Source of the DNA: Nemertoderma westbladi
Taxonomy: Eukaryota; Animalia; Xenacoelomorpha
Length of the DNA: 51,527 nt
Reading direction: 5' to 3'
Assembly: GCA_032718475.1 (NCBI GenBank)
Contig: JAUCBJ010008252.1
Coordinates: 1 to 51,527 of the forward strand
Shown: piece by piece, positions 33,901-45,500 of the stretch
How the letters are laid out: each line of letters opens with the position of its first letter
How positions within the stretch are numbered: position 1 is the stretch's first letter
Position numbers and translations under genes: made by a program
The notes under the pieces: model-generated
Told to the model about the DNA's origin: nothing
The model's input: only the letters and a program-made list of their open reading frames with translations
Databases searched by the model: none

Positions 33901-36900
33901 GGATATTAAAGATATCGAGTGGTGAATTTAATGAGATCGAGTGGGGATATTAATGAGATGGAGTATGGATATTAATGAGATCGAGTGGGGATATTAATGA
34001 GATCGAGTGGGGATATTAAAGAGATGGAGTGGGGATATTAATGAGATCGAGTGGGGATATTAATGAGATCGAGTGGGGATATTAATGAGATCGAGTGGGG
34101 ATATTAATGAGATGGAGTGGGGATATTAATGAGATCGAGTGGGGATATTAATGAGATCGAGTGGGGATATTAATGAGATCGAGTGGGGATATTAATGAGA
34201 TCGAGTGGGGATATTAATGAGATCGAGTGGGGATATTAATGAGATCGAGTGGGGATATTAATGGGATCGAGTGGGGATATTAATGAGATCGAGTGGGGAT
34301 ATTAATGAGATCGAGTGGGGATATTAATGAGATCGAGTGGGGATATTAATGAGATCGAGTGGGGATATTAATGAGATCGAGTGGTGATTTTAATGAGATG
34401 GAGTGGGGATATTAATGAGATCGAGTGGGGATATTAATGAGATCGAGTGGGGATATTAATGAGATCGAGTGGGGATATTAATGAGATCGAGTGGTGATTT
34501 TAATGAGATGGAGTGGTGATATTAATGAGATGGAGTGGGGATATTAATGAGATCGAGTGGGGATATTAATGAGATGGAGTGGGGATATTAATGAGATCGA
34601 GTGGGGATATTAATGAGATGGAGTGGGGATATTAATGAGATCGAGTGGGGATATTAATGAGATGGAGTGGGGATATTAATGAGATCGAGTGGGGATATTA
34701 AAGAGATGGAGTGGGGATATTAATGAGATCGAGTGGGGATATTAATGAGATCGAGTGGGGATATAAATGAGATTGAGTGGTGAATTTAATGAGATCGAGT
34801 GGGGATATTAATGAGATGGAGTGGGGATATTAAAGAGATGGAGTGGGGATATTAATGAGATCGAGTGGGGATATTAATGAGATCGAGTGGGGATATTAAA
34901 GAGATGGAGTGGGGATATTAATGAGATCGAGTGGGGATATTAATGAGATCGAGTGGGGATATTAATGAGATCGAGTGGGGATATTAATGAGATGGAGTGG
35001 GGATATTAAAGATATCGAGTGGTGAATTTAATGAGATCGAGTGGGGATATTAATGAGATGGAGTGGCGATATTAAAGAGATGGAGTGGGGATATTAATGA
35101 GATCGAGTGGGGATATTAATGAGATCGAGTGGGGATATTAATGAGATCGAGTGGGGATATTAATGAGATCGAGTGGGGATATTAATGAGATCGAGTGGGG
35201 ATATTAATGAGATCGAGTGGGGATATTAATGGGATCGAGTGGGGATATTAATGAGATCGAGTGGGGATATTAATGAGATCGAGTGGGGATATTAATGAGA
35301 TCGAGTGGGGATATTAATGAGATCGAGTGGGGATATTAATGAGATCGAGTGGTGATTTTAATGAGATGGAGTGGGGATATTAATGAGATCGAGTGGGGAT
35401 ATTAATGAGATCGAGTGGGGATATTAATGAGATCGAGTGGGGATATTAATGAGATCGAGTGGTGATTTTAATGAGATGGAGTGGTGATATTAATGAGATG
35501 GAGTGGGGATATTAATGAGATCGAGTGGGGATATTAATGAGATGGAGTGGGGATATTAATGAGATCGAGTGGGGATATTAATGAGATGGAGTGGGGATAT
35601 TAATGAGATGGAGTGGGGATATTAATGAGATCGAGTGGGGATATTAATGAGATGGAGTGGGGATTTTAATGAGATCGAGTGGTGATTTTAATGAGATGGA
35701 GTGGGGATATTAATGAGATCGAGTGGGGATATTAATGAGATCGAGTGGGGATATTAATGAGATCGAGTGGGGATATTAATGAGATCGAGTGGGGATATTA
35801 ATGAGATCGAGTGGGGATATTAATGAGATCGAGTGGGGATATTAATGAGTTCGAGTGGGGATATTAATGAGATCGAGTGGGGATATTAATGAGATCGAGT
35901 GGGGATATTAATGAGATGGAGTGGGGATATTAATGGGATCGAGTTGGGATATTAATGAGATCGAGTGGGGATATTAATGAGATCGAGTGGGGATATTAAT
36001 GAGATCGAGTGGGGATATTAATGAGATCGAGTGGGGATATTAATGGGATCGAGTGGGGATATTAATGAGATCGAGTGGGGATATTAATGAGATCGAGTGG
36101 GGATATTAATGAGATCGAGTGGGGATATTAATGAGATCGAGTGGGGATATTAATGAGATCGAGTGGTGATTTTAATGAGATGGAGTGGGGATATTAATGA
36201 GATCGAGTGGGGATATTAATGAGATCGAGTGGGGATATTAATGAGATCGAGTGGGGATATTAATGAGATCGAGTGGTGATTTTAATGAGATGGAGTGGGG
36301 ATATTAATGAGATGGAGTGGGGATATTAATGAGATCGAGTGGGGATATTAATGAGATGGAGTGGGGATATTAATGAGATCGAGTGGGGATATTAATGAGA
36401 TGGAGTGGGGATATTAATGAGATGGAGTGGGGATATTAATGAGATCGAGTGGGGATATTAATGAGATGGAGTGGGGATATTAATGAGATCGAGTGGTGAT
36501 TTTAATGAGATGGAGTGGGGATATTAATGAGATCGAGTGGGGATATTAATGAGATCGAGTGGGGATATTAATGAGATCGAGTGGGGATATTAATGAGATC
36601 GAGTGGTGATTTTAATGAGATGGAGTGGGGATATTAAAGAGATGGAGTGGGGATATTAATGAGATCGAGTGGGGATATTAATGAGATCGAGTGGGGATAT
36701 TAATGAGATCGAGTGGGGATATTAATGAGATCGAGTGGTGATTTTAATGAGATGGAGTGGGGATATTAATGAGATCGAGTGGGGATATTAATGAGATGGA
36801 GTGGGGATATAAATGAGATGGAGTGGGGATATTAATGAGATCGAGTGGGGATATTAATGAGATTGAGTGGTGAATTTAATGAGATGGAGTGGGGATATTA

Positions 36901-39571
36901 AAGAGATCGAGTGGGGATATTAATGAGATCGAGTGGGGATATTAATGAGATGGAGTATGGATATTAATGAGATCGAGTGGGGATCTTAATGAGATTGAGT
37001 GGTGAATTTAATGAGATGGAGTGGGGTTATTAATGAGATGGAGTGGGGATATTAATGAGATCGAGTGGGGATATTAATGAGATGGAGTGGGGATATAAAT
37101 GAGATGGAGTGGGGATATTAATGAGATCGAGTGGGGATATTAATGAGATTGAGTGGTGAATTTAATGAGATGGAGTGGGGATATTAAAGAGATCGAGTGG
37201 GGATATTAATGAGATCGAGTGGGGATATTAATGAGATGGAGTATGGATATTAATGAGATCGAGTGGGGATCTTAATGAGATTGAGTGGTGAATTTAATGA
37301 GATGGAGTGGGGATATTAATGAGATGGAGTATGGATATTAATGAGATCGAGTGGGGATATTAATGAGATCGAGTGGGGATATTAATGAGATGGAGTGGGG
37401 ATATTAATGGGATCGAGTGGGGATATTAATGAGATCGAGTGGGGATAATAATGAGATCGAGTGGGGATATTAATGAGATCGAGTGGGGATATTAATGAGA
37501 TTGAGTGGGGATATTAATGAGATCGAGTGGGGATATTAATGAGATCGAGTGGGGATATTAATGAGATCGAGTGGGGATATTAATGAGATGGAGTATGGAT
37601 ATTAATGAGATCGAGTGGGGATATTAATGGGATCGAGTGGGGATATTAATGAGATCGAGTGGGGATATTAATGGGATCGAGTGGGGATATTAATGAGATC
37701 GAGTGGGGATATTAATGAGATCGAGTGGGGATATTAATGAGATCGAGTGGGGATATTAATGAGATTGAGTGGGGATATTAATGAGATCGAGTGGGGATAT
37801 TAATGAGATCGAGTGGTGATTTTAATGAGATGGAGTGGGGACATTAATGAGAAGGAGTGGGGATATTAATGAGATCGAGTGGTGATTTTAATGAGATGGA
37901 GTGGGGATATTAATGAGATCGAGTGGGGATATTAATGAGATCGAGTGGGGATATTAATGAGATCGAGTGGGGATATTAATGAGATCGAGTGGGGATATTA
38001 ATGAGATTGAGTGGGGATATTAATGAGATCGAGTGGGGATATTAATGAGATGGAGTGGGGATATTAATGAGATCGAGTGGGGATATTAATGGGATCGAGT
38101 GGGGATATTAATGAGATCGAGTGGGGATATTAATGAGATCGAGTGGGGATATTAATGAGATCGAGTGGGGATATTAATGAGATCGAGTGGTGATTTTAAT
38201 GAGATGGAGTGGGGATATTAATGAGATCGAGTGGGGATATTAATGAGATGGAGTGGGGATATAAATGAGATGGAGTGGGGATATTAATGAGATGGAGTGG
38301 GGATATTAATGAGATCGAGTGGTGATTTTAATGAGATGGAGTGGGGATATTAATGAGATCGAGTGGGGATATTAATGAGATGGAGTTGGGATATTAATGA
38401 GATGGAGTGGGGACATTAATGAGAAGGAGTGGGGACATTAATGAGAAGGAGTGGGGATATTAATGAGATCGAGTGGTGATTTTAATGAGATGGAGTGGGG
38501 ATATTAATGAGATCGAGTGGGGATATAAATGAGATGGAGTGGGGATATTAATGAGATCGAGTGGGGATATTAATGAGATGGAGTGGAGATATTAATGAGA
38601 TGGAGTGGGAATATTAAAGAGATGGAGTGGGGATATTAATGAGACGGAGTGGGGATATTAATGAGATGGAGTGGGGATATTAATGGGATCGAGTGGGGAT
38701 ATTAATGAGATGGAGTGGGAATATTAAAGAGATGGAGTGGTGATATTAATGAGATGGAGTGGGGATATAAATGAGATGGAGTGGGGATATTAATGAGATG
38801 GAGTGGGGATATTAATGAGATCGAGTGGGGATATTAATGAGATGGAGTGGGGATATTAATGAGATCGAGTGGGGATATTAATGAGATGGAGTGGGGATAT
38901 TAATGAGATCGAGTGGGGATATAAATGAGATGGAGTGGGGATATTAATGAGATCGAGTGGGGATATTAATGAGATGGAGTGGGGATATTAATGAGATCGA
39001 GTGGGGATATAAATGAGATGGAGTGGGGATATTAATGAGATGGAGTGGGGATATTAATGAGATCGAGTGGTGAATTTAATGAGATCGAGTGGGGATATTA
39101 ATGAGATGGAGTGGGAATATTAAAGAGATGGAGTGGTGATATTAATGAGATCGAGTGGGGATATTAATGAGATCCAGTGGGGATATTAATGAGATGGAGT
39201 GGGGATATTAATGAGATCGAGTGGGGATATTAATGAGATGGAGTGGGGATATTAATGAGATCGAGTGGGGATATAAATGAGATGGAGTGGAGATATTAAT
39301 GAGATGGAGTGGGGATATTAATGGGATCGAGTGGGGATATTAATGAGATGGAGTGGGAATATTAAAGAGATGGAGTGGGGATATTAATGAGATGGAGTGG
39401 GAATATTAAAGAGATGGAGTGGTGATATTAATGAGATCGAGTGGGGATATTAATGAGATCCAGTGGGGATATTAATGAGATGGAGTGGGGATATCAATGG
39501 GATCCAGTGGGGATATTAATGAGATGGAGTGGGGATATTAATGAGATGGAGTGGTGATTTTAATAAGATGG
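30989..39571. repeat. 22-bp satellite (gagatcgagtggggatattaat)n, ~390 copies
   Basis: Directly visible 8.6-kb array with recurrent variant blocks (tgg/tcg, gtggtgaattt, gtatgg). Confidence 0.98.
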
Positions 39572-39738
39572 TAGACTTTACCAGCATGTCGACCAGTTCC
39601 TTTGCAGAAACGAGTAATTTTTGGATTCAAATAATTTGATTTCCCAAAAATCCAACGCAATATTCCCCAACACATCCCGATACTAAAAGTCACATACATT
39701 TTTGTTTTATTCTCTTTGCTTTATATTTCTTCACTTAC

Positions 39739-39873
39739 CTTCTTTGACATCGCATATTCTTTACACTTAGAAACAAATTCTTCATAAATTCCTTCCTGTA
39801 CAAATGTCCTGGTAGCGGCGCAGCAGCACTGCCCCATATTCTCGAAACAAGCATCAACAGCCTGAGCAGCAAT
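39739..39873 (-). CDS. ALDH2: ALDH exon carrying the catalytic cysteine (not in the ORF track)
   Basis: cag|IAAQAVDACFENMGQCCCAATRTFVQEGIYEEFVSKCKEYAMSKK|gtaagt. 135 nt, phase 0/0. Confidence 0.93.
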
Positions 39874-40618
39874 CTGGAGATTAATATTTAAATAATGTTA
39901 ATCTGTTTATTTTATAAAGTTTGCGTGATGGTTAGTTTTAGTGTGCTGCGCTGATGTTAATAGTCATGCATTCTGCCATTACTAATACCGGTGCCGCGTT
40001 AATCGCACAATTATGGATACAATATTATTTAAATTAATATGTTGGGTTACATAGCTGAACAGTTTGACAGTCAGTTGTTTGTTCTAAATAGTATTCCATA
40101 TAGTCTTAGTGTAATAGTATTGTATAGTATTCTAATACTCGAAAAAAATAGGTAGAGCGGCCATATATGAAGTTATAAACTTGAAAATAAAACAAATATT
40201 CCAGTATATAAAGTACCCGTATTTCACGTTAGGCTCTCTTTCATATTTCGCCTGATTTCGAACGTTCGTGTAAATATTCCCCCCACTCGACTCGACAGAT
40301 AATGAAATCGGTGCGAAATTTCATTTAAATCGCTACTCCATGGCGTGTTATTATAACTTTCATTGGCCACAGCTTTGCAAAGTCGGTAATGATGTCCATG
40401 TGGGATACAACTGGTAGGAAGGTAGTCCGACGCTCTAACCATTTCGTTAGCCGCTCAGTTAGATGGTCTGGAATTGGAAATACTATCTGATACCGTGTAT
40501 ATCCGCAATTTACCTCCTCATGGCCTCCCATCTGTCAATACCATCATATGCTGCCACTGTGCTCAACCCTACTGTACAGTAACCACTCGCTACAATGAAA
40601 GGGTATAGTGTATATTAA

Positions 40619-41754
40619 CCCTTAAACTGGTGACGATTTTTCTAAAACGCCATCTCCACTTGGTGAAAACTCAAATATGAGTTTTGCGATTGTTAGTTGT
40701 ACTTGGTGGGAATTATTGATGAAATCTATTCTGACTCGTGGTGTAAACTCAAATATGAGTTTAATGAGAGTAAGTTGTACCTGGTGGGAACTTTCCTTCA
40801 ATCTATTCTGACTTCGTGAAAACTCATATATGAGTTACAGTAAAACCGATCTTAAAGTAAAGTAAATTTTCTTCGGCCGCTAGGCCAGGGATTACGCACT
40901 AAGTCTGACGACTTATTTCCAGTGCGGTCCCCCCAGAACATTACTCCCCAGACGAAACTCCAGTACTCATTTAGCTACCACTTATAGTTGCAAGGCAGAG
41001 ATGCGACCTGGCTGGTCCCTTTAAAGCATTCGTTCCGAAACGACAACTGCCCTGGCCCATGTGAGGATCGATCCCACGACCTACTACCACTACACCAAGG
41101 TGGAACCTGACTTGGATTCAACTCACATATGAGTTTCGGCTATACTTTTGGTTATCAGCTGCCAGGAAGGTAGCATTGACTTTTCTGTCAACGTCACCAG
41201 CCCCATTGTATTGGGCTGTTGATGATCTTTACAACAGTAGTTGAATCGATGTAGTTCGATCGGATCGAGTAGTTGAAGACGATCAGTATAGGCTAAACAA
41301 CACGGTAGTAAATCGTGGGAAAATTGTGTAATTTCAACTAATGGCCGTTTCATTGTTATAAGTCACAGAAACAAACTGTGTGCACCAGGTTGAAGGTAAT
41401 TTTCTCCTCTTTCAAATGATATATATACCCGCCTCTGAAGATTACACAATCCATCGCGAATTTACTAATTCGCAGCATTTTTTTAAATAATTAGTCTTAT
41501 TCGATAAATAAAAATTTCAACACTTTTAGATTTTTACATTCATAAAATGTTACGAATAATTTTCAAGCCATTCTTTTTATGACTTCCAAACTAACATTAT
41601 TCCGCATTCAATTCTTAAATTTACATAAATTCTTTTGAGCTTTAAAATATAAATATAAGAAAAACTAACACCAAGGAGGAATAGCAGAAAGATATAATCT
41701 CTACCAAGTCCAGACGTTGGCTCATAAACTCATGAGTTTTCACCAGTTTAAGGG
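40619..41754. mobile_element. piggyBac-like non-autonomous element
   Basis: TTAA|cccttaaactggtga ... tcaccagtttaaggg|TTAA, i.e. perfect 15-bp TIRs and a TTAA TSD. Internal palindromic aactca(a/t)atatgagtt repeats at ~40667, 40747, 40821, 41120 and 41727. Confidence 0.88.
40853..41107 (-). mobile_element. Probable tRNA-derived SINE inserted in the piggyBac element
   Basis: Minus strand starts ...tggtgtagtggtag (A-box-like) ...gggatcgatcc (B-box-like) and ends in a (tttac)n tail. Confidence 0.55.
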
Positions 41755-42024
41755 TTAACCATGAAGCATCCCGCCCACTCACTCTAACTATAGTAACTAC
41801 TAATTTAGGGAGGGCAGTTAGTTTGCAAAGCTGTGCCCAAAAAAGTTATAATAATATGAAACCATAGGCTTTCCCTTTCACCCAATTATGCGACCCACAA
41901 ACTTAAGATGGCAGACTACAAGAGGTTAAGAACGTAGCTAGGGTTCTAACAAAGAAGAGATAGAAGTTTCAGAGACAGGGGGGGGGGGGGGGGGGGGGGG
42001 AAACTCGACGCAAAACCCGCCTTG

Positions 42025-42240
42025 GCGAATTAATATCTCGCCTCAATGTTAAATTCTCAATTTAGGGAAAGGAGCAGGTTACAGTGGCACGTTATTTTAA
42101 CCAAAACAATAAACTAAACACAATAGAACAGGTTACAGTTTTATTTTTGAGAGTATTCAGCTGTTATTTGTGTCGAATTTCCCCTGGAGAGTGATGAATT
42201 TTTATTGCGTCCAGTTTCCCCCCCGATCTGAAATTTCAAA
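42025..42240 (-). repeat. Dispersed repeat, inverted copy of 6660-7120
   Basis: Reverse-complement similarity as described for 6660-7120. Confidence 0.7.
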
Positions 42241-42330
42241 AGTGCCGCACAAATTCTATCACTACTGTCCCGTTAAAAAGTGATCCATGTTATTTAGACA
42301 TGCCCTTACAATGTGCTTACAATTACCCAC

Positions 42331-42468
42331 CTCAGCCACATCTCCGGCATCGTCAAATATAATGTTTGGACTTTTTCCTCCCATTTCCAGTAAAGTTTTC
42401 TTTAAGTTCGAGTTCCCCGATGCTCTTTGTATAATACGACCAACTTCGGTGGAACCAGTAAATATCAC
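42331..42468 (-). CDS. ALDH2: ALDH exon (NAD-binding FTGS and catalytic Glu)
   Basis: cag|[46 protein letters not shown]|gtgggt. 138 nt, phase 0/0. Confidence 0.93.
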
Positions 42469-42519
42469 CTGTGGGAGTCAATATTAATAATACGTAGACC
42501 TACAGGTACGGATTTGTTG

Positions 42520-45500
42520 CCTAACTAACCATATCAACGTCCAGGTGTTCACTGATTGGTTCCCTAACTAACCATATCAACGTCTAGATGTTCACTGATT
42601 GGTTCCCCAACTAACCATATCAACGTCCAGATCTTCACTGATTGGTTCCCTAACTAACCATATCAACGTCTAGATGTTCACTGATTGGTTCCCCAACTAA
42701 CCATATCAACGTCCAGATGTTCACTGATTGGTTCCCCAACAACTAACCATATCAACGTCCAGATGTTCACTAATTGGTTCCCTAACAAACCATATCAACG
42801 TCCAGATGTTCACTGATTGGTTCCCTAACTAACCATATCAACGTCCAGATGTTCACTGATTGGTTCCCAAACTAACCATATCAACGTCCAGATGTTCACT
42901 GATTGGTTCCCTAACAAACCATATCAACGTCCAGATGTTCACTGATTGGTTCCCCAACAACTAACCATATCAACGTCCAGATGTTCACTGATTGGTTCCC
43001 TAACTAACCATATCAACGTCCAGATGTTCACTGATTGGTTCCCCAACTAACCATATCAACGTCCAGATGTTCACTGATTGGTTCCCTAACTAACCATATC
43101 AACGTCCAGATGTTCACTGATTGGTTCCCTAACTAACCATATCAACGTCCAGATGTTCACTGATTGGTTCCCTAACTAACCATATCAACGTCCAGATGTT
43201 CACTGATTGGTTCCCTAACAAACCATATCAACGTCCAGATGTTCACTGATTGGTTCCCCAACTAACCATATCAACGTCCAGATGTTCACTGATTGGTTCC
43301 CTAACTAACCATATCAACGTCCAGATGTTCACTGATTGGTTCCCTAACTAACCATATCAACGTCTAGATGTTCACTGATTGGTTCCCCAACTAAACATAT
43401 CAACGTCCAGATGTTCACTGATTGGTTCCCTAACTAACCATATCAACGTCCAGGTGTTCACTGATTGGTTCCCTAACTAACCATATCAACGTCCAGATGT
43501 TCACTGATTGGTTCCCTAACTAATCATATCAACCAACGTCCAGATGTTTACTGATTGGTTCCCTAACTAACCATATCAACGTCCAGGTGTTCACTGATTG
43601 GTTCCCTAACTAATCATATCAACCAACGTCCAGATATTTACTGATTGGTTCCCAAACTAACCATATCAACGTCCAGATGTTTACTGATTGGTTCCCCAAC
43701 TAACCATATCAACGTCCAGATGTTCACTGATTGGTTCCCTAACTAATCATATCAACCAACGTCCAGATGTTTACTGATTGGTTCCCTAACTAACCATATC
43801 AACGTCCAGGTGTTCACTGATTGGTTCCCTAACTAATCATATCAACCAACGTCCAGGTGTTCACTGATTGGTTCCCCAACTAACCATATCAACGTCCAGA
43901 TTTTCACTGATTGGTTCCCTAACTAATCATATCAACCAACGTCCAGATGTTTACTGATTGGTTCCCCAACTCACCATATCAACGTCCAAATGTTCACTGA
44001 TTGGTTCCCTAACTAATCATATCAACCAACGTCCAGGTGTTCACTGATTGGTTCCCTAACTAACCATATCAACGTCCAGGTGTTCACTGATTGGTTCCCT
44101 AACTAATCATATGAACCAACGTCCAGATGTTTACTGATTGGTTCCCCAACTAACCATATCAACGTCCAGGTGTTCACTGATTGGTTCCCTAACTAACCAT
44201 ATCAACCAACGTCCAGATGTTTACTGATTGGTTCCCCAACTAACCATATCAACGTCCAAATGTTCACTGATTGGTTCCCTAACTAATCATATCAACCAAC
44301 GTCCAGGTGTTCACTGATTGGTTCCCTAACTAACCATATCAACGTCCAGGTGTTCACTGATTGGTTCCCTAACTAATCATATCAACCAACGTCCAGATGT
44401 TTACTGATTGGTTCCCTAACTAACCATATCAACGTCCAGGTGTTCACTGATTGGTTCCCTAACTAATCATATCAACCAACGTCCAGATGTTTACTGATTG
44501 GTTCCCTAACTAACCATATCAACGTCCAGGTGTTCACTGATTGGTTCCCTAACTAATCATATCAACCAACGTCCAGATCTTCACTGATTGGTTCCCTAAC
44601 AAACCATATCAACGTCCAGATGTTCACTGATTGGTTCCCTAACTAACCATATCAACGTCCAGATGTTCACTGATTGGTTCCCCAACAACTAACCATATCA
44701 ACGTCCAGATGTTCACTGATTGGTTCCCTAACTAACCATATCAACGTCCAGATGTTCACTGATTGGTTCCCCAACTAACCATATCAACGTCCAGATGTTT
44801 ACTGATTGGTTCCCCAACTAACCATATCAACGTCCAGATGTTCACTGATTGGTTCCCTAACTAATCATATCAACCAACGTCCAGATGTTTACTGATTGGT
44901 TCCCTAACTAACCATATCAACGTCCAGGTGTTCACTGATTGGTTCCCTAACTAATCATATCAACCAACGTCCAGGTGTTCACTGATTGGTTCCCCAACTA
45001 ACCATATCAACGTCCAGATTTTCACTGATTGGTTCCGTAACTAATCATATCAACCAACGTCCAGATGTTTACTGATTGGTTCCCTAACTAACCATATCAA
45101 CGTCCAGGTGTTCACTGATTGGTTCCCTAACTAATCATATCAACCAACGTCCAGATCTTCACTGATTGGTTCCCTAACAAACCATATCAACGTCCAGATG
45201 TTCACTGATTGGTTCCCTAACTAACCATATCAACGTCCAGATGTTCACTGATTGGTTCCCCAACAACTAACCATATCAACGTCCAGATGTTCACTGATTG
45301 GTTCCCTAACTAACCATATCAACGTCCAGATGTTCACTGATTGGTTCCCCAACTAACCATATCAACGTCCAGATGTTTACTGATTGGTTCCCCAACTAAC
45401 CATATCAACGTCCAGATGTTCACTGATTGGTTCCCTAACTAATCATATCAACCAACGTCCAGATGTTTACTGATTGGTTCCCTAACTAACCATATCAACG

